From Octopus vulgaris (Eukaryota): a stretch of 64,000 nucleotides of DNA. The notes beneath the pieces are model-generated. The model worked only from the letters and a program-made list of their open reading frames with translations. It searched no databases and had not been told where the DNA came from. The DNA lies in NCBI GenBank assembly GCA_951406725.2, contig OX597837.1:20150001-20214000 (forward strand), read 5' to 3'. Below are positions 1-13,483 of the stretch, in pieces (position 1 is the stretch's first letter; each line of letters opens with the position of its first letter). The translations under genes and the position numbers were made by a program.

Positions 1-20
1 TGCCAGTTATGTAGATAGAT

Positions 21-182
21 TTGTGAGTTCAAATTCCGCCGAGGTCGACTTTGCCTTTCATCCTTTCGGGGTCGATAAATTAAGTACCAGTTATGCACTG
101 GGGTCGATGTAATCGATTTAATACCTATGTCTGTCTATGTTTGTCCCCTCTATGTTTAGCCCCTTGTGGATAATAAAGAGAT
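21..182 (+). mobile_element. 5'-truncated tRNA-derived SINE (family A, Nin-like core)
   Basis: B-box GAGTTCAAATTCC, core GCCTTTCATCCTTTCGGGGTCGATAAAT and tail ending GCCCCTTGTGG..AATAAAG. 16-bp TSD AGTTATGTAGATAGAT at 5-20 and 183-198. Many further copies in the window. Confidence 0.9.
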
Positions 183-227
183 AGTTATGTAGATAGATAC
201 AGGAGTTGGACAAGATAATGAAAGCAC

Positions 228-462
228 CTTGTTAATTGGAAGTTGGATTAATGAATGCGGAGTTGGTCCACCTCTAGCATCCGTCACAGGTTTAATGCAT
301 CGAGAAATTGACTCATACAGGTCCTGAACTTTTGTTAGGGAATGGAATTTTAAGTCATTCTTCAAGTAGAACCTGCCGGAGTTCTTTCGGTGCAGCGACG
401 ATGGCGAAGGGAATCGACTGCTCGCTTCCTGCTCCAAAATGCACCGTAATTGTTCGATTATA
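228..462 (-). CDS. possible internal exon of an unidentified host gene
   Basis: Acceptor ...cccatctcag, then 78 open codons (IIEQLRCILEQEASSRFPSPSSLHRKNSGRFYLK...QLPINK) in non-repetitive sequence, then a weak donor AAG|gtgctt. No recognisable domain. Confidence 0.2.
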
Positions 463-1196
463 CTGAGATGGGATTATTGGGAAGGGTGACGTGGGGTGAC
501 GTGGAATGGAGTGATGTGGGTGGGGTGAGGTGAGATGGGGAGGGTGAAGTGGGGTGGGTGGGGTGAGGTGAGATAGGATGGTTGTGTGGGTGGTGTTTTG
601 TTGCAATCGAAGTGGCCTACTTCACTTTTGTGTACTTCGTGCGAATTTTAAATAACATTAGACGTGTGAATCGGCTAATGTTATTATCGCCCCTGGAAGA
701 TTTCGCTGTCATTAGAGAACGATGTTTTGCACGATAGGAAAGGACACGATAAACCAAGATGCTCAGACAATGCTTGACGTTCACTCTGCCGTGTAGAACA
801 AACTAAAGGACCGAAAGATCTCTGTGATATGACTGCGAAAATGACTATAGAGCCATCTCCATGGGACAAACAGTCAAGGTTGAAGGCTTCTTTGGATTGT
901 CCTTACACACAAACTCACAAACCCACAAAGTAGGCTAAAGGAGAATGGGAATTCATCAGAAATGATAAGGTTCCATTGAGGTATTAACCAGTTCTTAGAT
1001 CCTAGAAACTATTTTTCCGCACTCATCAATGTTGATGGAGTCCAGGTGAGATTTAGTAATTACAGGCCATTTGCTGCATTCTAGTTTTATGGAGCTCATG
1101 AGGGTTGCATAACTAGTTTTCAGGCGATCTGGGAGTATTTACAGAAGATTTAGGCTCAATTTTTTTAACAGGTGAAGCAATTGTGTGGAGGCTTCT

Positions 1197-1438
1197 TCAC
1201 TTGCGCTGATGTTGGTGACAGTGTTGGTGTAGGTTTTGTTTTTGTTTACTTTTTGTAGCAGTGGCATTACTATCGCTTCTGCTAAGATGTTGGAGATGTT
1301 GTTTCATGTGTGGGTGGGGATGGGTAGTGGGTGGTGGCTTTTGGTGGTGGTCGTCATCGTGCTGGTGGTGCTGGTGGCGGTACTGCCACTGGTACTGCAG
1401 ATGGAGCTGGTGCTGGTAAATTGTTGTTGTTGTTGCCG

Positions 1439-1488
<50 letters not shown>

Positions 1489-1644
1489 GGTGGTGGTGGT
1501 GGTGGTGGTGGTATTGGTGGTAATGATGATGTTGGTCGTGATGCTGGTTTTAGTGGTGCTGGTGCTGGTGTTGCCGCAGCGGTGGCGGCGGCGGTGGTGA
1601 TGGTCGTGGTGGTCATGATGGTGGTGTTGGTGTTGTTGGTGTTG

Positions 1645-1676
<32 letters not shown>

Positions 1677-1908
1677 GGTGACGGTGGTGGTGATGCTGAT
1701 TTTAGTGGTGGTGTAGGCGTCGCTGCTGCGGTGGTGGTGGTTATTGCGGGGGGGGGGGGGGGTGATTGACAAGGGTGGTGACGCTTCTGGTGGTTGTGGT
1801 TGTGGTTGTGGTTGTGGTCGTGGTGCTGGGGCCGACAGTGAGGTTGGTGGCCGGTTGTGTTGATAGCAACGTTAGCGAACGGTGGCCATCATTGAGATGT
1901 CGTTGGTG

Positions 1909-1940
<32 letters not shown>

Positions 1941-2013
1941 GGTGACGGTGTTCATGCTGGTTGGTGTTGGCTGCGATGCAGATTATAAAGTGTCGCCTTA
2001 GGGTATGGCGATG
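1197..2013 (-). other. possible exon with trinucleotide-rich low-complexity sequence (coding or 3'UTR)
   Basis: Strong acceptor ttcgtttcctctcttctcag ending at 2014. Reads either SPYPKATLYNLHRSQHQPA* (stop 1952) or a His/Gln/Thr/Pro/Asn-run frame that shifts at the G-run near 1748-1762. Confidence 0.25.
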
Positions 2014-2610
2014 CTGAGAAGAGAGGAAACGAAACGCTGAATGAAATGACCCGGATGAGAAGGATTTTAATGGTAGAATTGTTGCGGATGTCGATGTGAA
2101 TGAGGTGGAATTGACGATGGAGACATAGAGACAATGGATGATTGGATAATGTGTCTGCAGGGGTTGGAGAGGGGATGCGTAATTGATGCGGAGCGAGCAT
2201 GTAGAGATGATCGGTGGGAGAAGATAGAAGGCGATTAGAGTGAGAGAGGGTGAATTGAATGAGGACAGAGAAAGGGAGAGAGTGAAATGATTGGGAGAGA
2301 CAGAGAATGGGACAGTGGAGATGATAAGATGTGGTGAAGGAGAAAAAAGAAAAGAAGCGAGGAAAATGGGGGAGGGGGAGAATAACTGGGGGTTGGAGAG
2401 GGTGGTGAAGAAAAAGATGCTGTAAGAAATTGAGACTTGAAGATCCGAAGCAGGAGAAGTAAAGTAGAGGAATATTTGGCGGTAGGATGATGAAAGAAAG
2501 AAAGAAAGTAAAGACAAGAAGAAGGAGGTGAAGGAGGTGAAGGAGGGGGGAAAGTGTGAAAGAATGAAGGAAGAATGATGAAGAAAGGTAATATAAGCAG
2601 ACAGGTTGAT

Positions 2611-2895
2611 AGGTGGGTAGGTAGGTAGGTAGGTAGGTAGGTAGGTAGGTAGGTAGATAGGTAGGTAGGTAGGTAGGTAGGTAGGTGGGTGGGTAGGTAG
2701 ATAGGTAGGTAGGTAGGTAGGTAGGTAGGTAGGTGGGTGGGTAGGTAGATAGGTAGGTAGGTAGGTAGGTAGGTAGGTAGGTAGGTAGGTAGGTATGTAG
2801 TTAGGTAGGTAGGTAGGTAGGTAGGTAGGTAGATAGGTAGGTAGGTAGGTAGGTAGGTAGGTAGGTAGGTAGGTAGGTAGGTAGGTAGGTAGGTA
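2611..2895. repeat. (TAGG)n microsatellite
   Basis: Directly visible; source of the YLPT ORFs. Confidence 0.97.
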
Positions 2896-2908
2896 GTGGT
2901 AGATGGAT

Positions 2909-2954
<46 letters not shown>

Positions 2955-3590
2955 GGAGCAAAACAACAAGAAATAATAAGGAAATGAAAGAACAGAAAAA
3001 GAAAGAATGGAAGAAAGGAAGCGAAGGGTACCGAAACCATGCGGGAAAAACAAAATATGAAGAGGGAAAGGGAAGAAGAATGAAAGGATAATGGTAGAAA
3101 TGCAAAAACAAAAACATCACAGAGAGGTAACAGATATAGAAAGGAAAAAAGAGTGGGTGATGGAGAGAGAGAGAGAGAGAGAGAGTGTGTGTGTGTGTGT
3201 GTGTGTGGTAAGAACAAGTATAAAAGAAAGCAATGAATGAAGTTGAAAGAGAAAAAGAAAAGAAAATTGGAAAGAATGGAATAGAATAGAATAAACGAAC
3301 GAAAGAATAGAAGAATGATTTTTTGGTAAAATATTACCTAAATTGTTGTTATGGTAACAACATTAGAATAATATAGATGTGCCGATGTCATACTGTATTT
3401 GGTATATATGTATATATAAATAGATATATTATAGCATGCATGTGGTGACTAGCATACAGCTTGCACACACGTCCATGCAGATTAGCGTATAACCACTAGC
3501 ATGCATACGTATATGTGTGTGTGTTGTTGTTGTTGTTATTTCTTGTTTGTATTCATAATTTTGTATATATTCTGTATACATATATATATA

Positions 3591-3650
<60 letters not shown>

Positions 3651-3929
3651 ATATATGTTGTTATTTTTTGTTTGTATTCATAATTGTGTACCTTTTCTCC
3701 GTTTCTTTTTTCTTTTTTTTTTGTCTTTGCTGCCATACACATTCGCTGGTTTTCTTACAAAGGGGTCTAATGCTCCTAGCTTAGATGTTTTGGGGGACAA
3801 CCAGATCGAACCATTTCAAATGTAACTGTCCGAAATGGTCATGACTTCTGGCACTTGACTGAAGAAAGATAGCTAAGAATGACTTGTCTTTTTTGCCTGG
3901 CCTAATTTTGCCTCACAAGAGAAACAAAA

Positions 3930-4010
3930 ATGTTGTTTCTCTTGTCCGCCTTTGTGTCGTCCATCTGTCCGAAAACGTTTTAATGCCCTCTATTGCATTT
4001 TTGTTCCATT

Positions 4011-4012
<2 letters not shown>
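3930..4012 (+). mobile_element. 3' end of a (TA)n-terminated dispersed repeat
   Basis: tgttgtttctcttgtccgcctttgtgtcgtccatctgtccgaa...tttttgttccattt(TA)n recurs at about 63279-63360. Decayed hammerhead-like words lie upstream of both copies. Confidence 0.6.
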
Positions 4013-4041
<29 letters not shown>

Positions 4042-4269
4042 ATGTGTGTGTGTGTGTGTGTGTGCGTGTGCGTGTGTGTGTGCGTATGTGTGTGTGTATG
4101 TGTGTGTGTGTGTGCATCGCCTTTAGTCAAACAGATTGACCCCAGGACTTATTCTATCAGACTCGTTGCCGAATTGCTATGTCACGGGGACGTAAACACA
4201 CCAACATCGGTTGTCAAGCGATGGGGGACAAACACTGATGAACAAACACATACATATATTCATACATGC

Positions 4270-4347
<78 letters not shown>

Positions 4348-4674
4348 ATGTATAAACACTGAATATTAAAAGATAGTAACTCTCAAAGAACAATATAGAA
4401 TGACTCAAAGTTCAATAAAAGAAGACAGATTCGGGTATCAAGTTATTCCTGGTCAAAACAAACACATATTCAAGCCGGGACCATAACTATATAGAAACAT
4501 GTATATTTATTTATTATACCATATATATTCTTCATACAATCCCATTTGAAATCAAAGTTGGATGACAGCGTGCATACGCATATACAGATGAATATATAGA
4601 ATATATAGAATTAAAGTCATGAGCGGATAAGATGGCAGTGATTTAAAGGAAATTCCTAGAATAAATCAAAAACC

Positions 4675-4756
4675 AACTTACGGCCGTTTCAGGGAATGTG
4701 CGAAGTGGTAGATACATATTTTGAGCGTCAGTGATCACATTTCCTTCATCAGAGAT
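4675..4756 (-). ncRNA. type I minimal hammerhead ribozyme, canonical core
   Basis: Minus strand reads atct CTGATGA aggaaatgtg...cacattccct GAAAC GGCC GTA agtt. Stem II pairs 9/10; stem III is the palindrome ACGGCCGT. Confidence 0.75.
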
Positions 4757-4799
4757 TCGTAGTTATAAAAGCATTTCAAATTTTTAGAAAAAGTGTGTG

Positions 4800-4867
<68 letters not shown>

Positions 4868-6085
4868 TGTGTCATTGTGTCTGTGTTTGCCATCCACCGG
4901 TGTTGGTGTGCGTACGTTGCCGTGACTTAGCGGTTCGGCAAAAGTATCTATGAGTCATAGACAGGTAATTTACTTTGTCCCTCGTTTGATTTGAGTGCAC
5001 AAAAATTGCGAAATATCAATTTCCGTTATTCCGGAATGGGATCTGGGTCAAGTTGTCTCCCCTGTCCATGACTTTCAGGCGTTTTAACACCCAGTGCAGT
5101 GAGGAAGTCGTCCTTCCGGCGCTATTCGGCAGCGAACTGGCAAACAAACAAAACACATAGATTATGTGCAGTGAATAATGTCTACATCACTAGCGCAGCT
5201 TTTCATTACTGAATATATGTATGTAAGTATGTGCGTGTGTGTGCTTGCTTTTGGCCTTCACCATCGCTTGACGACTGGTGTTGGTTTGTTTACGTTCTGT
5301 AACATAGAGCTTCGATAAAAATAGTGATAGAATAAGTACCAAACTTTAAAATAAGTAAGGAAGTCGATTGTTCGACTAAATCCTTCAATTCGATGCCCCA
5401 GCATGGCCGCAATTCAGAAACTGCAACAAGTAAATGATGAAAACGAACATTATTTGAGAATATGCAAATGTAGAAGAAATGAGTATAAAGCCGTGTGCGA
5501 TAAAGTATGTGTGGGTGCGTCCTTTAGAATTTAAGGGGTTATCATTAAATATGTTTAGCTTACCTTAGAGAAGAAGAACAAGATGAGGTGACGGACTAAA
5601 TACAAATATTCGTTCAATTAGATTATCTTCGAAACAACACGATAAAATACAACAGAATAGTTTTAAAATAAGCATTTCAGATAAAGGAATGGTGCTAAAA
5701 TGGAGGTATACATGAAGTTGCTGAGAGCATGGAGGAAAAGAGATATAACGATGGCGGGTTAACGATATGGAAGATAAAATAAGGAAAATAAATAGGTAAA
5801 TAATTAGGAAAAAAAATACGTATGATTGTAAATCGTACGAGTAAATACATGCATCTAGAAAAGGTCGTTCTAAACGCAAATACGTCTCGATGTAACTCCA
5901 TGCATCTGTGTTAAGAAAGGTATAATTACAATAGGAAAACAAAGTACTGAACGAACCGTGAAAAACATCTCCCGTGATATATAAAAATACACTGAATGTA
6001 TTGGATATTGTATGCGTCAGTATATGTTACAGGGATACATATAAATAGACATAAACATACATATAATCATATGCACACATAAGCA

Positions 6086-6242
6086 AGCATACATACATAC
6101 ATACATACATACATACACACACACACATACATACACATACACATACATACATACATACATACATGCATGCATGCATACACACACACATACATACATACAT
6201 ACATACGTAAATACATACATACATACATACATACATACACAC

Positions 6243-6273
<31 letters not shown>

Positions 6274-6372
6274 TACATACATACATACATGCACACACAC
6301 ACATACATACATACATACATACATACATACATACATACATACATACATACATACATACATACATACAAACAT
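6086..6372. repeat. (CATA)n/(CA)n microsatellite
   Basis: Directly visible. Confidence 0.95.
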
Positions 6373-6582
6373 GGATATGTATGTATGTATGTATGTGTGT
6401 GTAGGTGTAAGTACATGAATGTGTGTAAGAACAAAGAGCGGTTATACATTATATACAGCATGGAAGGAATCACAGCTAGGATTATAATTAAATCTATGGC
6501 AGGTTCATGTGGCTTTACCTAATACGAAGAGACTGAATGGATTAATTTAGCCACGTAAGCGTTCTATTGCATACACACACAC

Positions 6583-6653
<71 letters not shown>

Positions 6654-6701
6654 TAAATATATATGTACCTATGTATGTATGCATATATATATAATATATA
6701 T

Positions 6702-6737
<36 letters not shown>

Positions 6738-7291
6738 TACATATACGTATATATACAATACATACATACAGATATGTATATATATATATATATATGGGAG
6801 ACAAGAAAAAAGTGCAAGTTGAAGCTTGAATAAAATGGTGGTGGCGGTGATGATGGTGATGATGGTTGTGGTTGATGGTGATAGTGGCGGTGGTGATGTG
6901 TATGTGTGTTTGTATGAATGTGTGTATACGCGCGCGTGTGTGTGTGTGTAGTGGGCGGTGTAAACTATATACACGTTAGGTCAAAGAGATCATTTTGTAA
7001 CGTTATCTCCTTCGTTTTAGTCGAACAAATCGACACCTTGTACTTATTCATTGAATGAGCCCCAGTGTCTCTTTTACCCGACTATAGGGGCATAAACAAG
7101 CCAAAACCAATTGTAAAGCAGTTGTGGTGGTGGTGGTGGTGGTGGTGGTGGTGATCGTGGTGATCGTGGTGGTGGACAAGCCCAAACCTATGTGCGTGTG
7201 TATATGTATGTATAAATATACGTGTGTGTGTACTTATATATATGTATATATAGATAGATAGAAATACACACACACATACACACACAAACAT

Positions 7292-7400
<109 letters not shown>

Positions 7401-7401
7401 C

Positions 7402-7759
7402 ATATATGGAAAAAAGTTAAGGTAGAAAATGTTAAAATGATTTTATAAAAACATTTCAGTACCGGTTTCGGTCATTGAGACTTTTTCAACTGTAAGTATG
7501 GAAAATAATTACATTTTGGAAAAGTTAAAAGAAATGATTTTTTTAAAAAGAATATTTGCATAGCATTCAAATACAAGTGGCATTTTCTTTGTTTCTGGCT
7601 GTCTCTGTCTCTCTTGTTTACTCTTGTGGGTTCGATGTGAATTCTTGGAAGAAGAAGAAGAAGAAGAAGAAGAAGAAGAAGAAGAAGAAGAAGAAGAAGA
7701 AGAAGAAGAAGAAGAAGAAGAAGAAGAAGACGATGACGAAGAAGAAGAAGGTAAAGGAG

Positions 7760-7791
<32 letters not shown>

Positions 7792-7870
7792 GTGCCATGA
7801 CTGAAACCGGTACTGAAATGTATTTTATAAAATTATTTTAGCATTTTCTACCTTGACTTTTCCCACATAT
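7402..7870. mobile_element. inverted pair of Penelope-like pseudo-LTR ends around a (GAA)n tract
   Basis: 7402-7475 is the reverse complement of 7797-7870, and both outer ends abut (TA)n. Contains a hammerhead motif. Confidence 0.65.
7457..7492 (-). ncRNA. minimal hammerhead with U3:A8 covariant core
   Basis: cag TTGAAAA agtc tcaat gacc GAAAC CG GTA ctg. Confidence 0.6.
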
Positions 7871-8269
7871 ATATATATACATAAGACAGGCTTCTTTCAG
7901 GTTTCCATTTACCACAAATCCATTCACAAGGTTTTGGTCAGCCTGAGACTAATGTAGAAGACTTGCCGTGCAATGTGACTGAACTGAAAATTTTGTGGTT
8001 GGGAAAGAGATTGGGAAATGATGGAATATCTCGAATGGGTTTAGCCCTGCAGAATGAGACAGAAAACCTGAGGTTGGGTGGCCATCTCAAACACCGTATT
8101 TGTTCTATCGCTTTCCTTGAACATATACAGTATTTATGTGAATAAACTTTATTCTTCAGAACTAAATCTTATTCGGAGGTTATCCAAAGCATTTGGTATG
8201 ATCCATGTGGTTAAGAACATCGCTTTGGAATTACATGGTTCTGTGTTCGATGCTTTAGGGTAGAATATT

Positions 8270-9035
8270 TATACCTCCTTACAAACCTAGAAGCACATAT
8301 ATATGCAGACATGCACGCGCGCACACACACGCACGCACACACACACACACAAACACACACATATACACATATGCATATATGTATATGTTACACATATATA
8401 TATGCATGTACATATTCACATAACTATATACATTTGTATATATATAATCATATACTTGCTAAGGTATATATATTGTATATACCTCCATACAAACGTAGAT
8501 ACACATATATATGCAGACATGCACACACACACATAAAGACACATACAAACACACACATATGCATATACATATATGTATATATATAATCATATACATACAA
8601 ATGTTTATATAATTATATACATACGTATATATGTATGTATATATCTATATCTATCTATATATATACTTTTTTACTTGTTTCAGTCATGTGACTGTGGCCA
8701 TGCTAGAGCACCGCTTTTAGTCGAGCAAATCGACCCCAGGACATCTCTTCTTACATCTACAAAGAAATTACGGAAATATCTTGAATGGGTTTAGCCCTGC
8801 AGAATGAGACAGAAAACCTCAGTTTGAGTACAATGTATATACCTCCATACAAACGTAGATACACATATATATGCAGACATGCACACACACACATACAGAC
8901 ACATACAAACACACACATATACATATACATATATGTATATGTATAAATATATATGCATGTACATATTCACATAACTATATACATATGTATATATACAATC
9001 ATATACATACAAATGTTTATATAATTATATACATA
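8270..9035. repeat. local degenerate repeats (three related units with internal microsatellites)
   Basis: atacctccatacaaacgtagatacacatatatatgcagacatgcac recurs near 8271, 8479 and 8839. gaatgggtttagccctgcagaatgagacagaaaacct occurs at about 8033 and 8783. Confidence 0.75.
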
Positions 9036-9094
9036 GCCACTCCTACGCCTATTCTTCACATATTTGTATGTCTAAGTAGTTATGTATGTATGTA

Positions 9095-9449
9095 CTAGCA
9101 GTATCGCCCGGCGTTGCTCGGGTTTGTAAGGGAAATAACTATAAAGCATTTTTAGAGAGTTATAGCCAAAAAATAGCAAAAAAAATGGAAAAAAATGATG
9201 GTAAATTTTTTTTTTGAGAGTTAAAAAAGGTGGAGTTGCGTCCCCTAGACAGTTTGCGGTTTGTGTTTCTGATTCTCGACCCCATGTCGAATTTATCGAT
9301 ATTTTTCAGAACTGGGGGAACTTTTCAAAATTTTCGCTGCGTTAGTTTTGAATTATGACATTGGACTATGTGTATGTCAAGTTTCATCAGAATCGGTTGA
9401 AAGCCGTGGTCAGGGTGAGGGTACAACCAAACAGACACACAGAAACACG
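9095..9449 (-). mobile_element. non-autonomous Helitron-like element, 3' end intact
   Basis: Minus-strand 3' end is hairpin CCCGAGCAACGCCGGG followed by CTAG|T. The internal aagtttcatcagaatcggttg...acagacacacaga segment resembles non-autonomous Helitrons. Confidence 0.7.
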
Positions 9450-9648
9450 CACTCCTACGCCTATTCTTCACATATTTGTATGTATATGTAGTTATGTATG
9501 TATGTATGTATGTATGTATGATGAGCTTTTGTGGAATTTCTGTAGACTGAATCTCATGCACAAGGTATTGGTCAACGCGACATTATGGAAGAACTTTCTT
9601 AGTCTGCCTGCATTTGGATAGAACCAATAACGGCACTTAACACACACG

Positions 9649-9696
<48 letters not shown>

Positions 9697-10487
9697 AATA
9701 GGTCGAACACTGATACGTTGTTGTAGTTATTCCGCCCTCGTGTCGCAAGACACAGACACTTCTATGCCACCCTACTTGGTGTCTGCAATACAATCAATCG
9801 ATGTTCCATTGATAGAAACTCGCCGACGCTATTGTTCACAATATGCATGAGGTAAAATAAAAAAAATAAATAAACAAACAAACAAATAAATAAATAAATA
9901 ACGATCACTAACGGATTCTCAGAGCGAAATGATCTTCGGTCTATGGTTTCAATTTCTAATTAATAATTCTCAATTAATTAGAAAATGAATTAATGTAAAT
10001 ATTAGTCATTGAATGCAAATAGTGTTATTCGTGCAAATAGTATAATTACAGCCCTGTATTGAATCGAGTGAGGTTCGCTTCAATTAGTAAGACATACAAT
10101 AGGTTATCCCCGACCCGACCATAACCATCGCCACAGTAAATTCAATACAGACACAGGAGGAAAGTAAATGGAAAACCAACAGGTTTGATATTGTTGTTAC
10201 TGTACTCTCTTTATTAAATGTTAATATCTTGGAGAACGATCTTCTACGTTAGACTTCAATGTCCGAATCGGAAATTTGGTTTCTATATACGTAATATGTG
10301 TGTGTGTGTGTGTGCGTGTTGTGTGTATATGTATGTGTGTGTGTGTGTGGGGGTGTTTGTGCGTGAGTGTGTGTGGGAGGGTGTATGTGTGTGTGTGTGT
10401 GTATGTGTGTGTTTGTGTGTGTGTGCGCGTGTTGTGTGTATATGTATGTGTGTGTGTTTGTGTGTGTGTGTGTTTGTGCGTGTGTGT

Positions 10488-10556
<69 letters not shown>

Positions 10557-11598
10557 TGTGTGTGTATGTGTATATGTGTGTGTCTGTGTGTGTGTGTGTT
10601 TGTGTATGTGTGTGTGTGCGTATTTACTTATTTATAGGTATAGCATTCATTCATTCATTCTTTCATATATAGTTTACCATCAGTATTAGGTAAGGAAGAC
10701 TTGAAGAAAAAATTGCTATCATCGGACTTGCTCTACTCTGAAATCTTGCGTGAGACAAGATAAATTAAGGGGGGAAAACGAGAGCAGTTCCCTTTTAATT
10801 TATAGCGGAACTGTATTGACAAGGGAACGCAACTCTAAAGTACTCGGCTATACTCACCTTGTGCTTTATTTTGTACTCTTTCAATCATTGGACGGCGGCT
10901 ATGCTGGGGCAAAGTTTTAAGGCTATAGTCGAACAAATCGGCCACAGTCTTTGTGTCTTTTAAGCTTGGTATGTATTACATTGATGTCTTTTGCCGAACC
11001 GTTAAGTTACGGGAACTCAAGAGAGAAAAAATCAAAGACAATACCAGAATACCAGTTGTCGAGCGGTAGCAGAGGACTCATACAAAGACACGCGCACACA
11101 CATAGATATATACATATACATACATATATATATATATATATATTGTTATATTTCGGAATGGTCATTTTGCCAGTTTAGCCACTTATATATATGCACATAC
11201 ACATACACACACATACACACAAACAGAGGCTCACACACACACAGAGGCACCCACACATATACATACATATGACGGACGTCCTTCGCCAAATCCATTCACA
11301 AGGGTTATAGTAAAAGATACTTGCCCAGGGTACTGTGCAGTGGGACTGAACCGAAGACCCCATGGGCGAGAAGCAATCTCCTCAACCACGTCTGCGCCTA
11401 TGTATGAGAATGAAACCAAAGGTCGAAATTGATCTAAAAACTGTTCTGAAATTATTCTGGACAATGTAATGACCATAACGTTTAGTCCGGGTACATCAAC
11501 TCATAATCGGAGGGAAGAGAGTGTGATAGTGTTTGAGTGAAAGTATCCTGGTTTAAGTCCACAAACAGAATGGTAGAGAAGAGGTAATGAATAATAAA

Positions 11599-11767
11599 GG
11601 CGGTGAGCTGGCAGAAACGTTAGCACGCCGGGCGAAATGCGTAGCGGTATTTCGTCTGCCGCTACGTTCTGAGTTCAAATTCCGCCGAGGTCGACTTTGC
11701 CTTTCATCCTTTCGGGGGTCGATAAATTAAGTATACTAGTTGCGTCCTTGGGTCAATCTAATCGACT
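11599..11767 (+). mobile_element. SINE family A with intact tRNA-like head
   Basis: GGCGGTGAGCTGGCAGAAACGTTAG...GAGTTCAAATTCC followed by the core. Other copies at about 14038-14191(-), 15345-15520(-), 15580-15740(-), 15832-15967(-), 23060-23231(-), 28105-28275(-), 40141-40345(+) and 40430-40580(+). Confidence 0.9.
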
Positions 11768-11912
11768 GTGTGCCTAGGAATTTGAGGAGAGAAAAGAAAC
11801 TGCGCTGGAATATAATGGAATACGAAGGAAGGAAGGAAGGAAGGAAGGAAGGAAGGAAGGAAGGAGGGAAGGACGGAAGGACGGAAGGAAGGAAGAAAAA
11901 GAAGAAGAAGAA

Positions 11913-11943
<31 letters not shown>

Positions 11944-13110
11944 AAGAAGAAGAAGAAAGAAGAGAAAGAAGAAGGGAAAGGGATAAAGTAAAAGAATGGA
12001 ACTTGTAAGAAGACCTTTAGAGCAAGGTGATATTCGGATGTATTTTGCAGTCCAGATGCTATACTTTCCAGTTAGCAAGGATGAATTTGTCTACGTAAAG
12101 GCATCTAATGAATACATCAGTTTTATAGTTAAAGCAGATATTAAAATCTTTCATGGTGGTACTATTGCTATTTAAATCGATCTTCTATCATACTGATAAT
12201 ATATTTTCTCTATTATGTCGAATGCTTGGTTTATGAGGCATTTATTTTTCTTCATAAACCTCCTGAGACCAGAATTGGCATGAATTTTGATGTTATTACT
12301 GATTTCAGGTTTGAGATGCACGAGTATCTTTTATCTTTTACTTGTTTCAGTCATTAGACTGCGGCCTTGCTGGAGCACCAGCTTGGAGAATTTTTAGTCG
12401 AAAGAATCAACCCCAGGGTCGCAGGATAGTCTGTTAATGTGTCTTAATAGCACATTGGGTTTGTGGAAGAGCTTCGGAGAACTTGCTTTGGTACAATATC
12501 TGCAAAAATTGCATTCACTATATATGTATGTGTATGCATGCGTATAAATGAAACAGAAAGAGAGAGAGAGAGCATACCTATGTCTCGGTGACTCAACACT
12601 CAAAGTTTCATGGTTCTGTTCCATCGGGCGACTGGTAACAACTCAGCGCGAATTCTGTCTATAGCAAAATCATTTTCATCCTTAATTCGGGGCAATGTTC
12701 GTGCCACATTCACCCATAACAAATAGAACTGGTTTAGACTTAATTACAAATAAATAAAAGGCTATATAAATATTTAAGAAAACTACAAAAACCACGGGAT
12801 TGTAATAGAAAATGGTGCTCGATATAAATAGCAATGGAAAAGAATAATAGTAGAGGTGTTGGCTTGGATGGGCTGCATTTCTCATAGTCTTCTATGCGGG
12901 GATGTCTATATGTATGTGTTTATGTGTTCGCACGCGTGAGTGTAAGAGAGAGTGCTGGGGTAGAGAGATAGACAGAGAAACAGACGGAGGTGGAGGAAAA
13001 GACATATAAAGAGGCATATTGGTAGAGAGAGAATTAGACAGAGCTACAGATAGTTAGAAGGATGAATGTGTACATATGTGAATGTGCACGCGCGCATGTG
13101 TGTGTCTGTT

Positions 13111-13181
<71 letters not shown>

Positions 13182-13456
13182 CATACATACATACATACAT
13201 ACATACATACATACATGTACATATATACGTACATATATATATGTGTGTGTGTGTATGAATACACACACACACACGTATACGCACACATACAGGCTGGCAG
13301 ACAGGTCGGTTGAGCGAACCAGCGATAGATAGACAGACAGACAGACAGATATAAAGGACATAAAAAAAAGGAGGAAAAGCGGAGTAGGAAGGGAGAGCTT
13401 CTTTCCGTACCTAATGGAAAACGGCGATTTAGAATGTGTAATGGAATTAAAAGCTA

Positions 13457-13483
13457 TGAACTTTGACCTTGTCGCTAGGCAAC
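13457..13483. promoter_or_regulatory. adjacent nuclear-receptor DR1 and RFX X-box motifs
   Basis: TGAACTTTGACCT (AGGTCA-A-AGTTCA on the other strand) at 13457-13469, then GTCGCTAGGCAAC at 13471-13483. TAATTA sites nearby, in unique sequence. Confidence 0.35.

Noticed and set aside
2611-2895. Telomeric repeat
   Set aside because: The unit is TAGG, not TTAGGG or TTAGG; it is an ordinary tetranucleotide microsatellite.
5030-5140. HDV-like ribozyme (GCGAA end)
   Set aside because: Could not build the P1/P3/P1.1 pairings.
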